DNA from: Vicugna vicugna
Taxonomy: Eukaryota
Assembly (NCBI GenBank): GCA_013265495.1
Contig: MU061578.1
Span: 1,187,308-1,251,307 of the forward strand
Length of the DNA: 64,000 bases
Reading direction: 5' to 3'
Shown here: piece by piece, positions 1-10,204 of the stretch
Position numbering within the stretch: the first letter of the stretch is position 1
Layout: each line of letters opens with the position of its first letter
Translations under genes and position numbers: made by a program
Notes under the pieces: model-generated
Seen by the model: the letters and a program-made list of their open reading frames with translations, nothing else
Databases searched by the model: none
Told to the model about the DNA's origin: nothing

Positions 1-788
1 ATAGGAATTCTTTTCTTCAAAGAAAATCATTTTCTAATCAGAGCGGGAGACGGGTGGGGGAATCAATGACATAATTAAGAAAATAGTCTAGCGGTTTGGA
101 AACTGTGAATAAAATGGGAAAAAAAAATAAATGAACAAACCTACCACAAAACCCCAGGCTGAAACAGCAATGCAATCAAATGACTGTGAGTCCAAACTGG
201 GGAACGTATGAGAACATATCAATAATTGAGTGCATCACATCCTCAGTGCCTGAAGAAGTAATCACCGTCACTGTAAACCCTCTCCCGGACGGATGTTAAC
301 GTCTTTGACGGTTATATATACTTGGGCGGCATCATCATTTAGTCTACTTTCTGAATTTCCGAAGTTTCACAGCAAAATGTCACATCCCAAGAGAACGTCC
401 TCACAACAGATGATTAGCCTGGCCCTATTGATCATCACCCAAATGGCAAAAATCTCAATAAGTTTCATCTGGACCTTTCCTGGAACCTCAGAAATGCACT
501 CCCCCCTCTCTGCTGACCACCGTTTTTACGATCGCTACTGTATTTGCAGGGCAGTCAATTTTACACAGCATAACAAACTGCCAAGTGGCAACGCGCTTCC
601 CTCCATTACTGAGGCCCATGTATTAAATTTAGTGAAGCACAATATCAGACCTCAAATATTGCCAGGCTTCGAATTGAATGCCGCGGAGCGTAATGTGATC
701 AACCTGACAAATACACTGACATATTAAGTAGCAGATCATGTATTCATATCTGGAACCGATGTTCTTTTTGTTGCTCTTGAGCTGTGTG

Positions 789-828
789 TATATATATATA
801 TATATATATATGTATTTTTTTTTTTTTG
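789..828. repeat. (TA)n microsatellite followed by a poly-T run
   Basis: tatatatatatatatatatata then tgtattttttttttttt, read directly. Confidence 0.95.
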
Positions 829-1292
829 GATTAGCATTCACAAAGAGCATTCTGTTTTGGAGTGCAAGAGGACTGGCAGCAAGGAAACTGTGTGCGTCCT
901 TCCCTTCCCTTCACGGCAGATCAATGATCACTTTTCTTAATGACGTTACTATAGGGAGAACGAAAATGTAAGCATAGCTCAGGGAAAAAATGTCATTTTT
1001 TTTTTAAAGAAACTGTTTATTCTCTCCCTTTTGCCTTCTGCCAATGTAAGTAAACTTAAAAATTATATTTTTATTCTGTGAGTGATGTGGAAGGTTTCTT
1101 AGACATTAATCACATGTAACCCTTCGGGCTTTACATTAAGACAAGGGGTCTTCTCTCACTTCCTTCCTCTCTTATCACTGGCTCTGCTTACTGCCACAAA
1201 AGCTGCCAAAGGTACGGGGTTTTGCTTAAAAATCTTGCTTTTATGCTGAGGCAACTCAAACATTTTAACCACTTCTCTTTTGAAAAGCATGA

Positions 1293-1665
1293 ATCTTAAA
1301 AAAAAAAAAAAAAACAAACAAACTTCTTTAAAAAACAGAAACAGACTCACAGACATAGAAAACAAACTTACGGTTAGCAGGGGAAAAGGGAGAACAGGGG
1401 AGGAGTAGGAAGGGATAAATTGGGAGTTCAAGATTTGCAGATATTAACTACTATATATAAAATAGACAAACAACAAGTTCATACTGTATAGCCCAGGGAA
1501 CCACATTCAATATCTTATAGTAACTAGTGAAAAAGAATATGAAAATGAATATATGTATGTTCCTATATGACTGAAGCATTGTGCTGTACACCAGAAACTG
1601 ACATAACGTTGTCAACTGACTATACTTCAATAAAAATATATTAAAAAATATCTACAAAAAAAAAA
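1293..1665 (+). mobile_element. 5'-truncated lineage-specific L1, 3'UTR only (artiodactyl/camelid-like)
   Basis: aaacagactcacagacatagaaaacaaactt...gggataaattgggagtt...actgactatacttcaataaaa plus A-rich tail; degenerate TSD gaaaagcatga (1282-1292) / gaaaaatgtga (1666-1676). Confidence 0.9.
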
Positions 1666-2059
1666 GAAAAATGTGAGTTGCAGTATTCTTCACTCAATTT
1701 TGTTCTACCACAGTGAAATTTACAGATTCGCAGAAACCAGTCTGGAAGCTGAATATCCCAACAGCCAAAACTTGTCAAGTTTACTTTCCATGGCTTATAT
1801 ACAAAACAATATTTTGTCAAAATATACCTTTCTCTCATGGATTAAATATGATTTAAAAAATTCCATGTTCTTTCTTCCCTCTAAAGCCTTGAGAATATGA
1901 TGCCAACCTCTCTTCTAGGTCAGGAATTTTGGTGTGAAAACTTGTCTATTTCCTACATCCAAATCATAATGTCAAAAACTAGTTTTGCAATAACGAGGTC
2001 ACTCCTGAGAGCCAAGATAATACCAGGGTGCAGAATGAAGTGTTTTCTACTTTTTTTTT

Positions 2060-2242
2060 TCTTCTGACTCTAGTCTGCAAATTCATCAGAATCATAAGAA
2101 AAAAAAAGAATCATGTTAAAAATGGAGATTCCAGGACTCACATCAAGATTCTGATTTACACTACCTGGCGTGGGGCTCAGGACTCCGAATGTCTTGCAGA
2201 CCCCGTGAGATGCTGATCATCAGCTGGTCTTATAGACAACTG
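2060..2242. mobile_element. MER5-like hAT-Charlie DNA transposon remnant
   Basis: catcagaatca...gttaaaaatggagattccagg...ggggctcagga...gatgctgat...caactg resembles the MER5A/B consensus. Confidence 0.65.
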
Positions 2243-2248
2243 CTCTAA

Positions 2249-2912
2249 GGTGGTGCTTCTCAGCCTTGGGTGCTTATTTAATTAACAGGCATTTTATTAA
2301 TGGGGTGAATCCAGATGTCACACCAAAGGGTTTTCATTTAGTTGGTCTGGTGAGGGCATCAGTATTTTTTTTTCTATTGTGATAAAAACCCCATAAAATT
2401 TACCATCTTAATTATCTGTAAGTGTACAGTACAGTAATGTTAACTATACATACATTGTTGTGAAGCAGGTCTCCAACACTTTTTCTTCTTATAAATCTGA
2501 AAGTATCTATTAAACACTAACTCCCCATTCCCACCTCCACCCAATTGCTAGAAACCACCCTTCTATTTTGGGGTTTCTAGGAGTTTGATGACTCTAAGGA
2601 CCTCATATAAGTGGATTCACTCAGTACTTGTCTTTTTTTTTGTCATAACTGGCTTATTTCACTGAGCACAATGTCCTCAAGATTCAATGTTGTAGAATGT
2701 TACAGGGTTTCCTTCTTTTTAAAGGCTGAATAATATTCCATTGCGTGTGTATACTATATTTGCTTTATCCATGCATCGGCTCATGGTCACGTAGGTGGCT
2801 TCCCCCTTTTGGCTATTGTGAAGACTGCTGCTGTGAACATACACGTGCTGGACATCAGTAACTTTTAAAGTCCCTCAGGTGATTCTAATGTGTAGGTGGG
2901 GTTAAGAACTAC
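2249..2912. mobile_element. MER5A-like element split by an L1 insertion (arms about 2249-2364 and 2850-2912)
   Basis: gtggtgcttctcagccttgg...ggtctgg...gggcatcagta | ggacatcagta...caggtgattctaatgtg...ggttaagaactact. Confidence 0.75.
2365..2849 (-). mobile_element. L1MA/MB-type 3' end
   Basis: ataaaatttaccatctta..aagtgtacag..catataagtgga..ggcttatttcactgagca..ggctgaataatattccattg; TSD gggcatcagta/ggacatcagta. Confidence 0.9.
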
Positions 2913-3329
2913 TTTTCTAAGGTACCGTGAAACCCCTTATCCCTAGAGGGATGACGTAGCCCTCTGAAAGTTACGGCTTTTGGAAGCTTAGAAATAGGGA
3001 AATTTATATATTATGTATCACATGAAACATTTTGGATGCATCTATTTTTTTCTAGAAATCACATATAAAGGTAATATACCATCTTGCTTTCCATGCAGCC
3101 CAAGTTACTTTGTATGTCTCAAAATTCATAGGACCATCAACAGACTCCAAATAAAGCTTCATCCAAGAGGCTGAGTTGTTAATTTGTACAAGAGCCTCTG
3201 GTCAGACGTAGGAGAGACTGCCTGGCTTACTGTCTGCCAAAAAGAGGAGACTGATCAAATCTGAAGGAGGCTCTGACCATCCCAACTGTGTCCAGCTCCC
3301 TGTTGGTGGATGGTGCACAGGAAAGATTG

Positions 3330-3470
3330 CACTGTTCAGAGTCAAGTGAACCTGGGTTCAAATCTCAGCTCCAATCACTGGCCAGGCATGCCACCTTCAG
3401 GGAGCTTCTTCAAGCCTCTTTGCATCAGTTTCTTCAACTATAAAATGGAGATTATAAAACCTGTCTGAGC
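3330..3470 (+). mobile_element. MIR SINE
   Basis: cctgggttcaaatctcagctcc...cagtttcttcaactataaaatggagatt (B box plus core). Confidence 0.85.
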
Positions 3471-3959
3471 AGAAGCTATTAGTCTTATGGTAAAAAAGAC
3501 AATTTATTGTCATAAATTTCTAACCTTTAAAATACTCATCTGATTAGAAATAAAAAGAATTGCCCACCCTCATTTACAGGCAATGTGTGTTCTCCATGTA
3601 GGACTAATCATAAGACTGAAGCTGCTGTACCACTGGCCTCTAACGCCCTCTTCTTGATGACATCCCAGAACTGCCCGACAAGTAATTAGTGAGGTGAGAA
3701 GACTCGCATTGTTCTTGGTCTCCTCTCTAGCTTTCTCTGACTCTTTTTAAATGCATTAACAAATGTGAGCCCAGTAGTCAAAGGGGAGAATTTTGCCAAG
3801 AATGGGTTCCTAGAACACTGATTATGTTTTAAATCAGTCTTGTATGTATCAAGGGGAAGATCACTGGAAATGCCCTTGGCTATAACATCTACACCTCTAC
3901 ATTAGATCCTACATATTTTCATCAAAGCACATTACTTGTCAATAGATTATGGACTAATA

Positions 3960-4400
3960 ATCTATTCCTTTGATCATTCAAAATATACTTACTATGCATT
4001 CTTTCTGGGTCAGGCTCTATGTTAGGCGTTGGAGTATGGCACTGAGGTTAGGAATTGGGGTATGGCAATGAATAAGATATTGATGCTGGCTTTGAGGAGC
4101 TCATAAGTGCATGAAAGGATGGTTAACATAAAAAATTGTGTAATGATATAAATATGCTCAGAGAACTACAGGGGCACTTGTGAAAGGCACCTCATGCATT
4201 CAACTGGCTTCAAAATGACAAATCTTCAAAAAATGAAAACGAATAGAGAAGGAAAAGTACAGATTACAAGCAAAAGGAACCATATGAGCTAAGGTAAAGA
4301 GGCCAGGTATAGATGGAAGTAGAAAAAAATGTATATACAATTTAGTATTGCTAGCAAACAAAATCTGAGGCAGGAAGTGAAAAGCAATGCAGGGTTCAAC
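3960..4400 (-). mobile_element. L2 3' fragment
   Basis: cattcaaaatatacttactatgcatt...gtcaggctctatgttaggcgttggag is the reverse of the L2 3' tail. Confidence 0.7.
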
Positions 4401-4429
4401 CTGTCATCTAGAGATTCATTCAGTGCTGA

Positions 4430-4548
4430 TTTATTCATCTGTCATCTTTCCATCCATCTTTCCAACCATCTATCCATCCATCCATATATCCACCATCTAT
4501 CCATTAATCCATCCATCCATTATCCATCCATCCATCTAACCATCCACC
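4430..4548. repeat. Degenerate (CCAT)n repeat
   Basis: ccatccatc repeats read directly. Confidence 0.9.
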
Positions 4549-4619
4549 TCTTTTTCCAAAGTGTGATAAATGTCACCTTTAAAGCCTGGAGTTGTGCTAG
4601 CCCTTGAGAATTCAAAAAC

Positions 4620-4976
4620 AATGCAGACAACTCCATGTGGACTCTCCGAAACACCTGAAGCTTGATATTCCTGCCCCATTCCTATAAGACATCTCTTCCT
4701 AGTTCCCATATCATCCTGATCATTATGCAGCTATCCACCAGATGCATAAACTTAAAGCCAGCTGAAGCTCCCCCAGTAAAGAGAGTGAATGTAACATCCC
4801 TCTGTGTGTAATCTAAGAGTCTTAGGATGTAGCTTTTCCTTCAAACTTTACCCCCACTTCCTATTACCCCATCCCTCTCAGTGAGGGACATTATTTTTAT
4901 GTCCTGATCTCTATTCATTTCTAGTTCTGAAAATGGCTTTCCATTCTGCCACTATCCCTACACTGATTTCAGGGCC
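4620..4976 (+). mobile_element. L2 fragment (outer layer of the nested stack)
   Basis: gacaactccatgtggac...cacctgaagc...ctatccaccagatgc...ccactatccctacactgatttcagggcc resembles the L2 3' region. Confidence 0.55.
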
Positions 4977-5223
4977 TGTGGTTCAGGTGGGGCTGGTTTC
5001 TTCCTCCCACCTCAGGGGTAAAGACAAAATCCATGCCTAACCAGTGAGAATATTTCATCGCCCTCAGTGATGATTGGCTCAGTTGTGAGGATGCTATCCA
5101 AGCTGAGTCAATCAAAACAATATACAAATAAAGAACATTGTAATGGTTAGGAGCCTGGACTCTGGAGCCTGACTGATTTGGTTTGATTCCTGCCAGAAGC
5201 ATAACTTTGGGCATGTCTTACAG

Positions 5224-6904
5224 TGATTACAATAGACTGATTACAAAAACAGCCCCAATTCTTCAGCTATTAGCTATCATTGTCATTTTTCTATAGGACT
5301 CTCAATATCTTCTTGAAGTAGTAATCTATTTTTCCATCCTTTGAATCCGGACTGGACTTGTGACTGCTTGGGCAAAAAGAATGTGGCAGGAGTGACAGTT
5401 TCAGTTCCAAACATAAGCCTCAAAAAGCCTTGAACAATTAGGCAAGAAAAATAAATAAAAAGCTTCTAAATAGACAAAAAAGGAATAAAACTGTTTCTGT
5501 TTGCAGATGCCAAGACCTTATATATAGGACACTCTAAAGACTCCACCAAAAACTGTTAGAACCAATAAACAAATTCAGTCAAGTTGCAGGATACAAGCTC
5601 AACATACAAAAATCAGTTGTAGTTCTATGTACTAACAATCAATTAGCTGAAAAAGAAATAAGGAAAATAATCTTATTTACAACAGCATCAAAAAAATAAA
5701 ATATTTAGGAACAAATTTAACTGAGGACAAGGAACAGTCCACTGAAAATTACAAGATAGTAATGAAAGAAATTGAAGAAACAAGTAAATGGAAAGATATA
5801 CATCCATGGATTGGAAGAATTAATACCATCAGAATGTCTGTACTACCTAAAGCCATCTATAGATTCAATGTTATTCCTATCAAAATTTTAATGGAGTATT
5901 TCACAGAATTAGAAAAAACAGTCCTAAAGTTGACATGGAACCACAAAAGACCCCAAATAGCCAAACTAATCTTGAGAATGAAGAGCAAAGCTGGAAGCAT
6001 CACAAAGAGATATATGCACCACAGTGTTCACTGCAGCATTATTCGCAAAAGCCAAAATGTGGAAATATACACACACATGCATACACACACACAAACAAAA
6101 CGGAGTATTACTTACCCATAAAATTGCCATTCGTGACAACATGGATGGATCTTGAGAGCATTATGCCAAGTGAAATAAGTCAGAAAGAGGAAGACAAATA
6201 CTATATGATCTCATATGTAGCACCCCCCCATACTTTGAATTCATGGAAACAGAGAGTAGAATGGTGGTTGCTAGAGGCTGAGAGTGTGGGAAATGAGATG
6301 TTGGTGAAAGGATACAAACTTTTTGTTATAAGATAAATAAGTTTGGGAGATCTAATACACAGTATGCTGAATATAGCTAATAATACTGTATCATACACTG
6401 GAAAGTTGCTAAAGAGTAGAGCTTAAATGTTCCCACACACAAAAAATAGCAGTTATGTGAGGCAATGGATGTGTTAACTAGCTTCATTGTGGTGATAATT
6501 TTGCAATATTTACCTGTATCAAGTCATCACAATGTACACCTTGAAGATGCACAGTGTGATATGTCAATTACAACTCAGTCAAGCTGGCAGGAAAAGCCAT
6601 AAGAGTCCCTGCCTTTTTTTCCTGTACAATTGTGCTCAGTTACTGTGACTTCTATGCTACCTCATTATGAACATGAAGCTAACCTGCTGAGGGTATGCAG
6701 ATGTTGAGTGAAGGACTGAGCCATCTCAGCCAAGGGCACACTGGAGGACCCAGGTACCACATCCCTGACAACTGCAGACTCACGAGCAAGCACAGCAGAG
6801 ACAAGAACTGCCACAGGAAGACTCGTGAAAAACAATAAATAGTCACCTTTTAAAGCCACTAAGTTTGGGTCTAGTTTGTTACACAGCAATAGCTAACTAG
6901 CACA
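5224..6904 (+). mobile_element. MLT1 (E/F-like) LTR split by L1 (about 5224-5430 and 6595-6904)
   Basis: cctttgaatccggactggacttgtgactgcttgg..aagaatgtggcaggagtgac | ttttaaagccactaagtttggg..tttgttacacagcaatagctaactagcaca. Confidence 0.85.
5432..6594 (+). mobile_element. 5'-truncated L1M with degenerate ORF2 (RT region to C-terminus), internal deletions and 3'UTR
   Basis: tttgcagatg (FADD-motif region, here FADA); ORF 5762-6121 [27 protein letters not shown]...[11 protein letters not shown] 5935-6336 PFVTTWMDLESIMPSEISQ; L1MA/MB-like 3' end. Confidence 0.95.
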
Positions 6905-7662
6905 ACCAGTCTGTGGCAAAATTTCATCATCTTAAAAAGGAGTTCATCACAGTGCCTATTTTATAAGGTTGTTGTGAAGATTAAATATGATACTAAAGTT
7001 AATATATATCTAAATTATTTACAAAGTGACTGGCATTTGGTACAACCTATTATTCTTTCAAAGAAAATCCTCATTTTTTTGGTGAGAATGTTTAGAAGAA
7101 AGCTTTTGTTTTCTACCAGGGCTGGTTGAAAATAAGCCTGGAACTGCTGTATCTCTTGAGCTCCCAGCAATGATGCTAAAAAAGAACAGTTGAGCAAAAA
7201 AAGAAAACAAACAAACAAAAGATTACAGGTGATATATTCATACACCTGGATCCAGTCTCTCTCTGGTCTTTGTAGTTATATAAGCCAATGCATTCTCTCT
7301 TCCCCTTAAGCATGTTTGAGTTGTGATTCTGTCACTTGCAATCAAAGGTGTCCTGGTTAATATGCTGCTTCAATAAATTCCTTATATTCTTGCAAACTAC
7401 CTTTCTTTTAAGTCAGATCATCATTTCAAGATGTGTTGAAGCTTCAGCTAGTCTGAATGGGGCTACAAAGAAAAATATAGAAGACAAGGGCTCACTCCTG
7501 AAGAATATACAACCCAAAGTCCACTGGAGAAAAAAGCTCATTCATTCCTTAGTTATGCACTTACTTGAAACCATCACCTCCCCTGGAATTGTTATTTCAT
7601 TCATTCCTGACACACTTTGCCTTATGCAAACCCTGGTTCAGCACTGATTTGCCCATCTCCAT

Positions 7663-7692
7663 CACACACACACATACACACACACACACACA
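7663..7692. repeat. (CA)n microsatellite
   Basis: read directly. Confidence 0.95.
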
Positions 7693-8639
7693 GTATACAC
7701 TAGATCCCAGAAAACTGCTAAGTAAATCCCTGTCATCAAAAATAGTTCTGTTTATTTCTAAACTATAAAAGACTTATTTTTCCATATCTTGGTATTACAG
7801 TATCTACAAATTGGGGATGATAGTAGTATTCAAACTCATACAGTGATTGTATCAAATAAGTTATTATTCATAAAATGCTTAAAACCAGATCTGTTATATA
7901 GGAAACACTCTATCAGCCACTCTTACTGATAATGTTGTTATTGTTATATTTAACACTATCTCCTCTCTTGCAATCAAACAAACACAGTGTAACATGTATG
8001 ATGGGAAAATACTACAAGTTATTGACAACACCATGAACAAAAGAAAACGTGGAAACTTCTAAATAATGATTTCTTTTTTTCTTTTTTTGCTTTTGGAAGA
8101 CATCTGTATCCAGTTCACAGAGACTTTCTTTGCAGTTGCAATCCAGACACTGGCCACCAAATATGACTACATGAATCACTCCCCTTGCCCATAGCTGTTT
8201 AGACAAAAGGAATCCCGGAAGAAACAATTAGGTTCTTTCTACCAAGTATTTGGAATTAAAATCCAAGACCACCCCTTATAGCTGTTTGAAGCTGGAATCA
8301 TAATACATAATAAAGTTTTTTTTTTAAGAATACTTTATGTTGAATTTTGGAGCAAATAACTCGTCACAACTATAGGTAAGCTTTCTTTGTAAAATGGAAT
8401 TAATGAAATCCACCTTTTTGTTTATTGGAAGGAGTAAATGAGAGAGTGCATAGAAAGTGCTTGGAATCAACTCTGACTTGGCACATAGTAAGTCCTCAAA
8501 AAGTGTGTGTTATCTTTATTTCCCAAGGGAATAAAGTATTTTGTACTGGAAAACTGCTCATAATCCAGCTGGTTGTAAAATTTTAACAGAAAACTGGACA
8601 TTGAAACATGACTTCTCATGAATAAAACAGTTGATACGA

Positions 8640-8893
8640 GTTATCTAAACATTTATTGAGTAACTATTTGCTTGGCACATTGCTAATAATCTAACTACAC
8701 TTCCTCAGTTGATACTCACGCCCCAGTGAGGAAGACGGTCTATCTACGCTCACTGTAGGGGAGAGAATGCTGTGGTTTAGAAGAACTGAGCAATTAACCC
8801 AAAGTCCTACATCTGGTAAGTGGCAGGACTGGGATTTTAACTCCATTATCAGACCCCAAGCCTATACACTTAACCACTCAGCCCTCTGCCTCC
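8640..8893 (-). mobile_element. MIR, near full length
   Basis: aacatttattgag...gaactgagcaattaacccaaagtc..ctggtaagtggcaggactgggatttt...cttaaccact. Confidence 0.8.
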
Positions 8894-10204
8894 CTTGTTC
8901 CATGAGCAGAAAACCTCTGTGCCAGCACAGTTGGTTCCCTTTAAATAGCTCAGCCTCAGCAAAGAGCTCCCTTCATTCAAAATCAAATGTTGTTCTTAAT
9001 AAGCCAGCCCTCTCCTTTCCATACGCAAACACCTCCGTCTGAGGCAAGGATCCTTTCCAGCCCCTTGAATTGAGCTGATAATATTACCTCTTCCTCCAAG
9101 GTTCAGATTTTAATTAGCTCATAAGTCTGTTGCTGACAAGTGAAAAATTTCTCAGAAATACACTTCAGTAATTTATGAATCAGAGTCATACAGTAGAAAT
9201 GGGATTCGGACTGTTTCTACACCGGCTGTGTATTTTTATTGGAATGCATAGTTTTCCACATTGGCAATATTTGTACTAAAGCGATCTGTCTGTCCTCTAG
9301 GTGGTAGAGTTCTTTGTTGTTGTTTGTTTGTTTGTTTGTTTTTGAGTAGGGGGATTGGATTATTGTAAGGTTAACATTTTGGTCTAGGGTGTAAAGGGTG
9401 CTGGGAAGTCAGGGGTATAATATGCTACCCTAATGGAGTCTTAAAAAAAAAAAGAAAAATCCACACTTTGTAATTATTACAAGAAAGAAAGAAGCAGTAT
9501 GCAAGTATATGGTACATACTTCAAATTACAGATATTGCATCAATATATATTGTACCTACAAGTCTATTAAAAACCCTCCTTATCCTGGTTCAGAATATAA
9601 AACACTACCTCCATTGTGAAGGGTCACGTGGCTGTATGTAAAGTATTTCTAAATATGCACATCCTCATCCTTTGACCTAGTAATTCCATTTTTAGAGTTA
9701 GGCAGAACGATGGCATTATAATACATGCACAAAGGCAGATGGAGAGTAATCGTCACTGATGTAGTAGTATTGATTAAAACATAATGTTTCCGTTCTTGCC
9801 TCTCTTCTTTCTGTTCTCCACTGCAGGCTCTGTGATCTTAAAACAGAAACTGGATCAAGTGACCAACCGCACATGCCCTCCCCACCCCCTACCCCTGCCG
9901 CTGTGTAAAATCCATCAGTGGCCTTCTTCTATTGAAAATTCTAAATATAAAACAGTACACCTTATTAACCATATCATCTTGTAAATATAAACATACATGT
10001 TTAAGTAGGCACTGCATTTCCCCTAGGCAAGTTCCTAACATATAGTTTTTTAAAAATAATTCTTTATTCTTCCATTTATTTCGTCCACATTTATTTTTGA
10101 GTGTGCAATTTTTGCCAGGAACTATGGCAGGGGTGCTGGAGATACAACACCAAAAAGGTATATAAAGACTCTCTTCTCATATAGCTTATTGATCAGATGC
10201 TTAT

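Larger units (their letters stand above)
5132..7050 (+). mobile_element. MIR split into head (about 5132-5223) and core/tail (about 6905-7050)
   Basis: taatggttaggagcctggactctggagcc...actttgggca | tttcatcatct..aaaagg..aggttgttgtgaagattaaat. Confidence 0.75.
4977..7363 (+). mobile_element. Old MLT1 (J/K/L-like) LTR, split (about 4977-5120 and 7060-7363)
   Basis: gtgatgattggctcag...caagctgagtcaatca | cctggatccag...aagccaatgcattc...cttaagc...tttgagttg..ttctgtcacttgcaatcaaagg..cctggttaata. Confidence 0.7.

Noticed and set aside
293..727. 144-aa plus-strand ORF
   Set aside because: No recognisable protein similarity or exon context; better explained as a non-coding regulatory block
5762..6336. 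ORFs with reverse-transcriptase-associated motifs
   Set aside because: Degenerate, deleted L1 ORF2 remnant, not a host gene or a novel retroelement system
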